Below, one piece after another: positions 39,679-47,105 of a stretch of DNA of 64,000 nt. The position numbers and the translations under genes are program-made. Origin of the DNA: Clostridiales bacterium (GTDB lineage: Bacteria; Bacillota; Clostridia; Christensenellales; CAG-314). The notes under the pieces were generated by a model. That model saw only the letters and a list, made by a program, of their open reading frames with translations, was not told the origin of the DNA and did not search any database. The stretch spans positions 125,347 through 189,346 of the forward strand of contig JAFLVM010000001.1 in the NCBI GenBank assembly GCA_022508305.1, in the 5' to 3' direction. Positions within the stretch are counted from its first letter, which is position 1, and each line of letters begins with the position of its first letter.

Positions 39679-41388
39679 ATGATTAAAAATTTGGTTATCA
39701 ACAACATAGCGCTCATTGACCACTTGGAAATTGACTTTCAGGAAGGTTTGACTGTTTTGAGCGGCGAAACGGGCAGCGGCAAATCCATTATTGTAGATTC
39801 GCTTGCTTTTGTACTGGGCGACAGGGCGGACAAAACCCTTATCAAGTACGGAGAGGACGCTGCAGAAGTAACGGCACTGTTTGAGGTAGAAGAAAGCTCC
39901 CCAATCCTTGCAAAACTCAACGAATACGGCTACGGCGACGATGCGGAAATCCTTATTTCTCGCAAAATGACCGCTATCGGCAAAAATGAAATCCGTATAC
40001 AGGGCAAAACGGCAACTCTTGCAATACTCAAAGAGGTTTGCGCCGAACTTGTAGACATTTTCGGTCAAGGGCAGCATTTGGCGCTACTTAACGAGAAAAA
40101 TCAACTGTCCGTATTGGACGCTTTTTGCAATTTTCACGGAGTAGACGTTCAACTAAGATCGGAACTGAACCCCAAACTTTCCGCTGTAAACAAGGAGTTG
40201 AGAAGTTTCGGCGGAAGCGACGCCGAACGGGAACGCCTCATTGACATTCTTAAATATCAAATTGACGAAATAGTATCGGCAGACCTTTCCGAAGTAGAGG
40301 AAGAAGAGCTACTTGCCATGCACAAGCGTATGGTAAACGTCGAAAAACTTTCCGTTGCAATCGGACAAGCCGTACACAGTCTCAACGGTGAGCAGGGAGC
40401 TATATCACAGGTTGCGCAATCCGGCAACTTATTGCGTTCTATTTCTAATTTGGAAGATAGCGCAGACGAACTGTCCGAGCGTTTACAATCCACGCGTTTG
40501 GAAATAGAGGACGTAAGCGCGCAACTGGAAGACATACTAACGTCATTGGAATTCAGCCCTGCAGAAGTGGACAAAATGGAAGCGCGGTTGGAAAAAATCC
40601 GCCAACTTAAACGCAAATACGGCGGTAGCGTAGCGGACGTACTCAAATTTTTGCAAGAATCGCAAGCAAAGTACGACAGCTTGATAAACTCTGCCGCGCG
40701 TATTGAGGAACTGAACGAGCAAAAGCAAAAGGTACTCCGTGAGATGTACGCGCTTGCAGAGAAGAAATCCGCCGAACGAACATCAACTGCCGAAAAGCTG
40801 TCGAAACGTATAATGCGTGAGTTGGACGACCTTGGAATGCGCGGAACCAACTTCACGGTACATTTCAACGAGCAGCCCACGTTCGAGGAATATTGTTTGT
40901 CGCCCTCATCGGACGGATTTGACAAAGTGGAGTTTTTGATGTCGGCAAACGTAGGCGAACCGTTGAAACCGCTTGCCAAGGTCATATCGGGCGGCGAAAT
41001 GTCACGCTTTATGCTCGCCGTCAAAAACATTACTGCTCTTGCCGAAAAGATACCTACAATGATTTTCGACGAAATCGACACGGGTATTTCCGGCAATATG
41101 GCACAAATGGTGGCAAACAAGTTGGCAAACGTATCAGGTAACAAACAGGACGGCTATCAATGTATAGTTATCACTCACCTGCCGCAAATCGTTGCTATGG
41201 CGGACGTTAACCTGTTCATTAGCAAATTCGAGCGCGACGGCAAAACCTACACGTCAGTTGAAGTTTTGTCCGACTACGAGCAGCGCGCGAAAGAGGTTTG
41301 CCGCCTCATGGGTGGCGTAGGTGAACATGCAATCGTCAGCGCCAAGGAACTTCTTGATTTTTCTCGAAAATATAAAGACAGCTTATAA
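39679..41388 (+). CDS. recN: DNA repair protein RecN
   Basis: Walker A GETGSGKSI, coiled-coil middle, and C-terminal SGGEMSR / IFDEIDTGISG motifs. Confidence 0.96.
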   Translation: MIKNLVINNIALIDHLEIDFQEGLTVLSGETGSGKSIIVDSLAFVLGDRADKTLIKYGEDAAEVTALFEVEESSPILAKLNEYGYGDDAEILISRKMTAIGKNEIRIQGKTATLAILKEVCAELVDIFGQGQHLALLNEKNQLSVLDAFCNFHGVDVQLRSELNPKLSAVNKELRSFGGSDAERERLIDILKYQIDEIVSADLSEVEEEELLAMHKRMVNVEKLSVAIGQAVHSLNGEQGAISQVAQSGNLLRSISNLEDSADELSERLQSTRLEIEDVSAQLEDILTSLEFSPAEVDKMEARLEKIRQLKRKYGGSVADVLKFLQESQAKYDSLINSAARIEELNEQKQKVLREMYALAEKKSAERTSTAEKLSKRIMRELDDLGMRGTNFTVHFNEQPTFEEYCLSPSSDGFDKVEFLMSANVGEPLKPLAKVISGGEMSRFMLAVKNITALAEKIPTMIFDEIDTGISGNMAQMVANKLANVSGNKQDGYQCIVITHLPQIVAMADVNLFISKFERDGKTYTSVEVLSDYEQRAKEVCRLMGGVGEHAIVSAKELLDFSRKYKDSL

Positions 41389-41420
41389 ATATAAACATGT
41401 TAGTAAGTTAATAACTTCTT

Positions 41421-41460
41421 AAACACTTCGTCACATATTTGTGTCAAAGTGTTTTTTTTA
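41421..41460 (+). terminator. intrinsic terminator
   Basis: ACACTT...AAGTGT stem followed by a T8 run. Confidence 0.65.
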
Positions 41461-41487
41461 TCCGTACGATATTAGTTTTTCGTTACG

Positions 41488-41517
41488 TGAATAATACCAC
41501 CTCAAATTCACAAACTA
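41488..41517 (+). promoter_or_regulatory. forespore sigma-F/G-type promoter candidate for spoIVB
   Basis: TGAATA-17 nt-CAAACTA resembles the sigma-G consensus (GAATA...CAnnnTA). spoIVB is sigma-F/G dependent in B. subtilis. Confidence 0.45.
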
Positions 41518-41538
41518 TTTTTAGTTTTTGAGGTGATT

Positions 41539-42648
41539 ATGAAGAAAAATTTACCCATTTTCGTAGCTATATTATTGTTACTTGTTGCAGTGTTTACGGT
41601 GTTTTTTGTTGCGCGTAATGGCATGACCCAAACTGTCAGCACCAAGTACGTTGCGTCCAATCAGGACTTAGGCGGTTTCATTGGTGACGTCAGCGACTTG
41701 TTCGTGAATGGCAGTAGTTCAAAAATCAACGAGGAAGTGTATCTTGGCGGTTATCCTTTAGGTATCACCATTGACGGTGACGGCGTTACCGTAATTGGAC
41801 TAAACGAGTTTGTTGCAGCAGATGGCACGCTTTGTTGTCCTGCGCTAAATGCGGGTATAGAAATCAACGACGTAATAGTGGAGTTAAACGGCAGGAAAAT
41901 TTACGGTTCTGCCAAGCTTTCCGAAATTGCTGCAGGTTCAAACGGACAAGAGTTACCGCTTAAATATCTGCGACAGGGCGTTATGAAGGAAACGACGATT
42001 ACGCCCGTAAAAGATTTGACGTCAGGACAATACCGTCTTGGACTGTGGACGCGAGATTCTTCCAGCGGCATAGGTACGTTGACTTACGTTAGAAAAAACT
42101 TGAAATTCGGTAGCCTCGGACATCCTATTACCGACGCAAAGGGTTCAATCATCACATGCAAAAACGGCGGCGTGTTTGACTGTACCATTGACGGTATCGA
42201 AAAAGGACAAAAGGGCGCGGCTGGTGAACTCAAAGGCGGTTTTTGTTTTGACAGGCGTATAGGCAACATTTACGCCAACAACAAGTTCGGCGCGTTTGGC
42301 ACATTCAACACGCTTCCGCAATTTTGCGACAACGCGATAGAAGTGGCAGATATAAGCGAAATCAAGCCCGGTAAGGCGCAAATTTACTGCACGCTGGGCA
42401 GTGAAGGTCGCAAGTGCTACGACATAGAAATCGTCAAGGTGACCCCGCAAAGCTCACGCGATGACAAGGGCATGGTTATTCACGTAACAGACCCCGAGCT
42501 TTTAGAAAAAACCGGAGGCATAGTGCAGGGTATGAGCGGCAGCCCAATCGTTCAAAACGGCAAGCTTGTAGGAGCTGTAACCCACGTGTTCGTCAACGAC
42601 CCGACACGCGGCTACGGCATCTACGCCAAGTGGATGATGACTAATTAG
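41539..42648 (+). CDS. spoIVB: SpoIVB signalling serine peptidase (S55)
   Basis: N-terminal TM helix, PDZ-like region, and catalytic GMSGSPI. Position after recN. Confidence 0.93.
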   Translation: MKKNLPIFVAILLLLVAVFTVFFVARNGMTQTVSTKYVASNQDLGGFIGDVSDLFVNGSSSKINEEVYLGGYPLGITIDGDGVTVIGLNEFVAADGTLCCPALNAGIEINDVIVELNGRKIYGSAKLSEIAAGSNGQELPLKYLRQGVMKETTITPVKDLTSGQYRLGLWTRDSSSGIGTLTYVRKNLKFGSLGHPITDAKGSIITCKNGGVFDCTIDGIEKGQKGAAGELKGGFCFDRRIGNIYANNKFGAFGTFNTLPQFCDNAIEVADISEIKPGKAQIYCTLGSEGRKCYDIEIVKVTPQSSRDDKGMVIHVTDPELLEKTGGIVQGMSGSPIVQNGKLVGAVTHVFVNDPTRGYGIYAKWMMTN

Positions 42649-42650
42649 AT
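42610..42650 (+). repeat. left copy of the direct repeat (functional spoIVB 3-prime tail, GYGIYAKWMMTN*)
   Basis: 35/41 nt identical to 47038-47078 by hand alignment. Confidence 0.8.
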
Positions 42651-42792
42651 ATTACGAGACATTGTATTTTTGCTAACGTTTAATGACCTCCTTTTCTTTT
42701 ACGTTAGCGATGTAATGATTATCAAATAATAAAGTACAAACGTGAAAAATATAACAAATAACAATTATCAAATCCAAACGGTCAAATTGAGT

Positions 42793-42821
42793 GTCAGACT
42801 TGATCTGACCTTTTTGTTTTT
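42793..42821 (+). terminator. intrinsic terminator inside the island's left arm (serves spoIVB in its present context)
   Basis: GTCAGA-CTTGA-TCTGAC hairpin followed by CTTTTTGTTTTT. Confidence 0.6.
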
Positions 42822-43108
42822 ACATTATAGCAAACTTTATTTCCCAAAGCATCCGCTTTTCCGCCATAATGGTGCCGACTTGTACACTTAATTATTTAGT
42901 AAAATAAATCATATTTTGCCTATGTAAATAAATTTATTGCTCTCATCTGACTAACATTAACCTTATTTTTATGTTTAGATTTTATTATCAGATGTGGCAT
43001 ATAGTCTTAATACAAAATAGCTGTGTAATAATTAATTTTTTTTTGTTGCTTAACAAAGCGCAAATTTAAAAAGTATATATACTGGATTTCAATAATTCCA
43101 CGAAAGAG

Positions 43109-43140
43109 TTTATTAAAATAACTCGTTATTATTTGGAGGA
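43109..43140 (+). promoter_or_regulatory. left arm of a 32-nt perfect inverted repeat: palindrome AATAAC-TC-GTTATT plus SD GGAGGA
   Basis: TTTATTAAAATAACTCGTTATTATTTGGAGGA ends 3 nt before ATG 43144. It is the exact reverse complement of 46954-46985. Confidence 0.85.
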
Positions 43141-43143
43141 CTT

Positions 43144-43521
43144 ATGTGTATTGAGGTTGTTTCAAAGTACGTATCAACAATATATTACATTTTAATGTTT
43201 ACAATAAGTGCAACAACTTTAGCTATAGCCATTGTTAAACTTTTCCCTAAAATAAAATGTCGATATAACGTGGCAAATAATAATGGACAAGATGGAATAG
43301 ACATCTATTTTATTAACTTACGTAGCAGAACTGTTATAATAGATAAAATTAAATTTGTCCAAGAAGGTAATGTTATTAATATCAAACATGTGTCAAACTG
43401 CAAGATTATATCTCAACAAGACGCGAGATATTTTCAGCAAGTAAATTTCTCTGATAATTATATAAAAGTTATTGTAGAGGACATTGAGGGTAATAAATAT
43501 GTTGCAAAAAGAATCAAATGA
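43144..43521 (+). CDS. 125-aa single-pass membrane protein, unknown family
   Basis: SD GGAGGA. TM helix YILMFTISATTLAIAIVKLF followed by a beta-rich soluble part. Overlaps the next gene by 23 nt. Confidence 0.7.
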   Translation: MCIEVVSKYVSTIYYILMFTISATTLAIAIVKLFPKIKCRYNVANNNGQDGIDIYFINLRSRTVIIDKIKFVQEGNVINIKHVSNCKIISQQDARYFQQVNFSDNYIKVIVEDIEGNKYVAKRIK

Positions 43522-45952
43522 AAACATTACATCTATAGTAGACAGAGAATTACAAAAAGCAAAAATTAATGAACGAATTAGGGAATCGGTGACAACAGAT
43601 GCGATACTTATCGTAAATGAAAATGGCTCAGGTGCCAGCTATTTTGTTAAAACCGTATGCGGTAAAGAAAATATATTTTATATAAAAAGCGATTATACCG
43701 GAAAATTTGTACAAAGTTTATTTAAAGCAACTTTTGCTTGGGATAAAGTCGGCTTTTTTAACTTTGTAAAATTGAGAGAAATTGAAAACGAAAAATGCGA
43801 ATTAATTGATACTAATATCAATTTTACGGACAATGATCGTCTTTTGATAGAAAAATTTATCAATCTTTTCAACAATCAAACAACTTTAACCTATCGTTCG
43901 GCATTAGACAAAAGATATCATATGAACTTGGAAAGTATAGTTATAGATTATCTCAAACAATTGCCAACGAGATACATTGTATACAACCATTTCGAAACAG
44001 GATCGGAATGTGAAATGGTCAATTCTTTTATTCAACAAGTTGATAATAAAATACATATAATTGTTGCAAACTCTTGCGAATATTATCAAAATTTTGAAGC
44101 AGAGAAAATTGAAATTTATAACTTTAATAAAAACGAGAAAAACTATTTTAAAGAGTTACTCAAGAGATTGGTGCCAATTATAAGTGAAACTGTATTGTCC
44201 ACTCTTGCTGAAGAATTGTATGATATATATAAAGGTTCACCCGAGAATTTAGTGGAACTAATAAATAATTGTCGTGACGAAATACATAATTGTACAGAAG
44301 ATGAAGAAATAGCCGAGGCGATACGTGATAAATATAATTCGCGTAATAATATAATTGAAAAAATAATAAACAAACAAATACTTTCTGTTCTATATTTATC
44401 AAGGACTCCGTTAGAATATAAATTTGTTGCTAATCTAATATGTTCTCAATACGGCATCAGTCAAGTTAGATTTGAGGAACATTTGAGCGAACTTACGAGT
44501 TGCGGATATGTAGAGATTAATTTTAACGATCTTTTCATATCTAAGCAGTCTAATAATTATTTTACACTGAATGTTGTTAGTACCAGAGAAGAAAGTATAA
44601 AACTATGCTATCAAGTTTTGTCGCTGATCAACCGTTGTGATAACGTTGACAAACAAACAAACGCCGATGCTATAAAATTGATATCCAATATTCTGTTAGA
44701 CTTAAAACATTCTGGGATAGAGTTTGATGGCATTTATTACGAACAAGTAAAAAGATATGCAGACTTTTTGCGTAACTCACACGATTTATGCACTGCATCG
44801 GAGTACTATGCTTTATGCTCAGATAAAATAAACAATATTCCATATTGTGAAATTCTTGACATTGCAAAAATACTGTACAATTACGGTTATTACACAGAGT
44901 GTTACAAACTTTTAGTTGGAAATTCATTTGACATGTTATCAAATGAAATTCAATTTGAACGTTTTTTATTAATTGCAAACTGTGAGACCGTCGGAAATAA
45001 TAATATAGCCATTCAATATTATGAAAAAGCAATTAATTTACACACAAAAAAACAGTTGATTGCTATTGGTGGCAAATTCCTTGCGCAAGGCGAGTCCAAA
45101 ATTGCTAATCGTACAATTCTAAATCAAGAGTATGAAAAATGTGTTGCAAAATATGAAGATAAACCAGATACAATAGGATATGTTGCCTTGCTTAGAAATG
45201 CCTTGGACTTTCAAAACAACGAGACAGCAATACAAACTATGCAAAGGGGTCTTGAATTAGCAAAAACCCAATGTTTGCAAGAAGAAATTTACAAAATTCA
45301 ACAAAATCTTGCTTTAAATTATATTAAGGCTGGTCAATATGATTACGCAGAGAAATTGTTGCAAATGGTACTTGCATACTGCGAAAAAAAAGTACGAAAA
45401 GATACGTCATATCCACTGATTAATCTTGCCGTAGTTAATTTGTATAAATATTTTAATTGCCAAAATTACGAATATGCGTTAAATGCTATGGAATATGGAC
45501 GTAAAGCTATTTCTTATGCTTGTTCATATTACTCTCGCACACTATCCAATTTGCAATATTTAACTGCGCTATCGGTATTAAGCAGTTGTGAAAATAACCC
45601 ATACAATATATCTCATAATCGTATAGTATCATTGCGTGAAAAAATATATGAGGATATCATAAAAAACAACAATAGAAATGACTTCAGAGTCGTTGTGCGC
45701 ACCTATCTGTCGTTAATTGCAAGTGCCAATATTTGTGGCGATTTTGAGGCTGCTAAAATATACCTGCGTGAGCTATACTCAAGACAATATAACGAAATCG
45801 GTAGAGAGGCATGTAAAGTTAACCTTTTGATACGTCAATTACAAATGGACGATTTAGAACCCATGCTTGAGCCGACAATAGATAAAAGCTGTGAAAATTA
45901 CCACAAGGAAATAAGATTTGAGCCATGGATGATCAGCTTAACGCATTATTAG
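43499..45952 (+). CDS. STAND/NB-ARC-like NTPase (degenerate Walker motifs) + winged-helix-like segment + C-terminal TPR-like repeats
   Basis: SD GAGGG lies 8 nt before ATG 43499 (TTG 43484 is also possible). Motif order and spacing, numbered from the 43484 start: NENGSGAS (res 45-52), RYIVYNHFE (163-171), HIIVANS (191-197), GSP (250-252). This is followed by about 450 aa of helical Y/A/L/N-rich repeats. Confidence 0.75.
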   Translation: MLQKESNENITSIVDRELQKAKINERIRESVTTDAILIVNENGSGASYFVKTVCGKENIFYIKSDYTGKFVQSLFKATFAWDKVGFFNFVKLREIENEKCELIDTNINFTDNDRLLIEKFINLFNNQTTLTYRSALDKRYHMNLESIVIDYLKQLPTRYIVYNHFETGSECEMVNSFIQQVDNKIHIIVANSCEYYQNFEAEKIEIYNFNKNEKNYFKELLKRLVPIISETVLSTLAEELYDIYKGSPENLVELINNCRDEIHNCTEDEEIAEAIRDKYNSRNNIIEKIINKQILSVLYLSRTPLEYKFVANLICSQYGISQVRFEEHLSELTSCGYVEINFNDLFISKQSNNYFTLNVVSTREESIKLCYQVLSLINRCDNVDKQTNADAIKLISNILLDLKHSGIEFDGIYYEQVKRYADFLRNSHDLCTASEYYALCSDKINNIPYCEILDIAKILYNYGYYTECYKLLVGNSFDMLSNEIQFERFLLIANCETVGNNNIAIQYYEKAINLHTKKQLIAIGGKFLAQGESKIANRTILNQEYEKCVAKYEDKPDTIGYVALLRNALDFQNNETAIQTMQRGLELAKTQCLQEEIYKIQQNLALNYIKAGQYDYAEKLLQMVLAYCEKKVRKDTSYPLINLAVVNLYKYFNCQNYEYALNAMEYGRKAISYACSYYSRTLSNLQYLTALSVLSSCENNPYNISHNRIVSLREKIYEDIIKNNNRNDFRVVVRTYLSLIASANICGDFEAAKIYLRELYSRQYNEIGREACKVNLLIRQLQMDDLEPMLEPTIDKSCENYHKEIRFEPWMISLTHY

Positions 45953-46950
45953 ATTTTAAGACGTGCATTTACTGTCTTTAATAAGATGTCGATAAAATCC
46001 TTAAAGCTTATACCAATTAATTTACAAACTTCGCCCACATCGCTATTTTCACCGATAGCCGGCACGGTATTTGCTTCTAACAAATAAAACTTACCGTTGT
46101 TATAACGAAAATCAAGTCTAGCATAATCTCGAAGTCCCAAATGTTTAAAAACCATTTGGGATATTTGTTTTAATTCTTCAACTTGAGTTGAAGATATAAG
46201 ACATTCTGGGGCAACATACACTCTACGATGAAGCGCCTTAATTTCTGCATCGCAAATCTCTTTATCCAAGTAGAATTTACTATCAACACCAATGGCTAAT
46301 GGTTGATTGATCACAATATTTTCGTTGCCAACAAGAAAAACGGTAAATTCAAAACCAGAAATATATTCCTCAATCAAAATTGTTTTAAACGTTTGCGATA
46401 ACTTCTCAAGCTGCTTAAGCAAACTTTTCATATCATGACATAACGACTCCGCATCAATCCCTATGGACGAACCTTCATTATTGGGTTTTACAATGACAGG
46501 AAAGTTAAATTCACATATTTCATTTGGTAATTTGCCATTGCCAAAATACAATATACTACGTGGCACATTGGCATCAGTTAGCACGTGCGCCAATTTGTTT
46601 GTACAATATTTATCACTTACTAAAAGTGAAGCAAAAGCATCTGAGCCAGAAAATTTATCTGTTATTATTTCCAAAAGTATAGGAGTTTGTCCGCGCTTGT
46701 GTTGTTGTGTTAAACCATCATTAAAATTCAAGAAAACGCAATTATCGTATTTTTTGTTCTGGTTTACAGCTTCAATTAGTTTATCAACTCCACCATAATA
46801 CTCACAATCGTACCCCAATGAATTGATTACTTTAACAATTGCATCTATGTTTGCTTGCTTAAAATGGTCATTGTATAAAATGCCATTTCCTAAATAACTT
46901 TTGAATTTTTCTCTACAATCGCATACTACGTAGTACTTTGTTCTATTCAT
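45949..46950 (-). CDS. D-alanine--D-alanine-ligase-like ATP-grasp enzyme (atypical N-terminal domain)
   Basis: PVIVKPNNEGSSIGI, ILIEEYISGFEFTVFLVG and YARLDFRYNNGKFYLLEANTVPA motifs. The same SD and leader as gene 43144. Confidence 0.85.
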   Translation of the reverse strand: MNRTKYYVVCDCREKFKSYLGNGILYNDHFKQANIDAIVKVINSLGYDCEYYGGVDKLIEAVNQNKKYDNCVFLNFNDGLTQQHKRGQTPILLEIITDKFSGSDAFASLLVSDKYCTNKLAHVLTDANVPRSILYFGNGKLPNEICEFNFPVIVKPNNEGSSIGIDAESLCHDMKSLLKQLEKLSQTFKTILIEEYISGFEFTVFLVGNENIVINQPLAIGVDSKFYLDKEICDAEIKALHRRVYVAPECLISSTQVEELKQISQMVFKHLGLRDYARLDFRYNNGKFYLLEANTVPAIGENSDVGEVCKLIGISFKDFIDILLKTVNARLKI

Positions 46951-46953
46951 TTT

Positions 46954-46985
46954 TCCTCCAAATAATAACGAGTTATTTTAATAAA
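46954..46985 (-). promoter_or_regulatory. right arm of the 32-nt perfect inverted repeat (palindrome + SD) before the ATP-grasp gene
   Basis: Exact reverse complement of 43109-43140. A TATAAT (minus strand, plus coordinates 46992-46997) lies just upstream. Confidence 0.85.
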
Positions 46986-47037
46986 AAAATAATTATATTT
47001 GAGAATTTTTTTACAGATAAACACTTGTAAAGTTATC

Positions 47038-47078
47038 GGTTACGGCATCTACGCGAAATGGATGCTTACGAATTAGAT
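47038..47078 (+). repeat. right copy of the direct repeat: orphan spoIVB 3-prime tail fragment (GYGIYAKWMLTN*)
   Basis: It is in frame over 13 codons plus the stop. Five codons differ from the left copy and four of those changes are synonymous. No homology to spoIVB upstream of it. Confidence 0.8.
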
Positions 47079-47105
47079 TAGCATATAAATAAAGTATAAT
47101 TCTTA

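Larger units (their letters stand above)
42651..47037. mobile_element. AT-rich genomic island (no integrase) inserted at the 3-prime end of spoIVB
   Basis: Flanked by the duplicated spoIVB tail. Sampled 60-nt lines have 13-15 G+C versus about 31 in spoIVB. It contains the only minus-strand gene of the window. Confidence 0.65.

Noticed and set aside
42672-42708. GCTAACGT...ACGTTAGC 8-bp inverted repeat just after the spoIVB stop. Its loop contains an anti-SD-like ACCTCCTTTT (strong SD on the minus strand).
   Set aside because: There is no T-run after the stem, so it is not a convincing terminator. No usable start codon follows the minus-strand SD. I leave it unexplained.
42824-42832. Extended -10-like TGCTATAAT on the minus strand, pointing back into spoIVB (possible antisense promoter).
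   Set aside because: There is no acceptable -35, and such hexamers are frequent by chance in AT-rich DNA.
42971-43069. 32-codon + strand ORF (MFRFYYQMWHIVLIQNSCVIINFFLLLNKAQI) in the island's left arm, considered as a possible precursor peptide for the ATP-grasp enzyme.
   Set aside because: It has no SD, it runs through the putative promoter region, and its composition is just translated AT-rich DNA. Nothing supports it.
42651-47037. Search of the island for an integrase, transposase, recombinase, toxin-antitoxin pair or tRNA target.
   Set aside because: I recognised none in any frame. The mobility mechanism therefore remains unknown, and the mobile-element call rests only on the direct repeat and composition.
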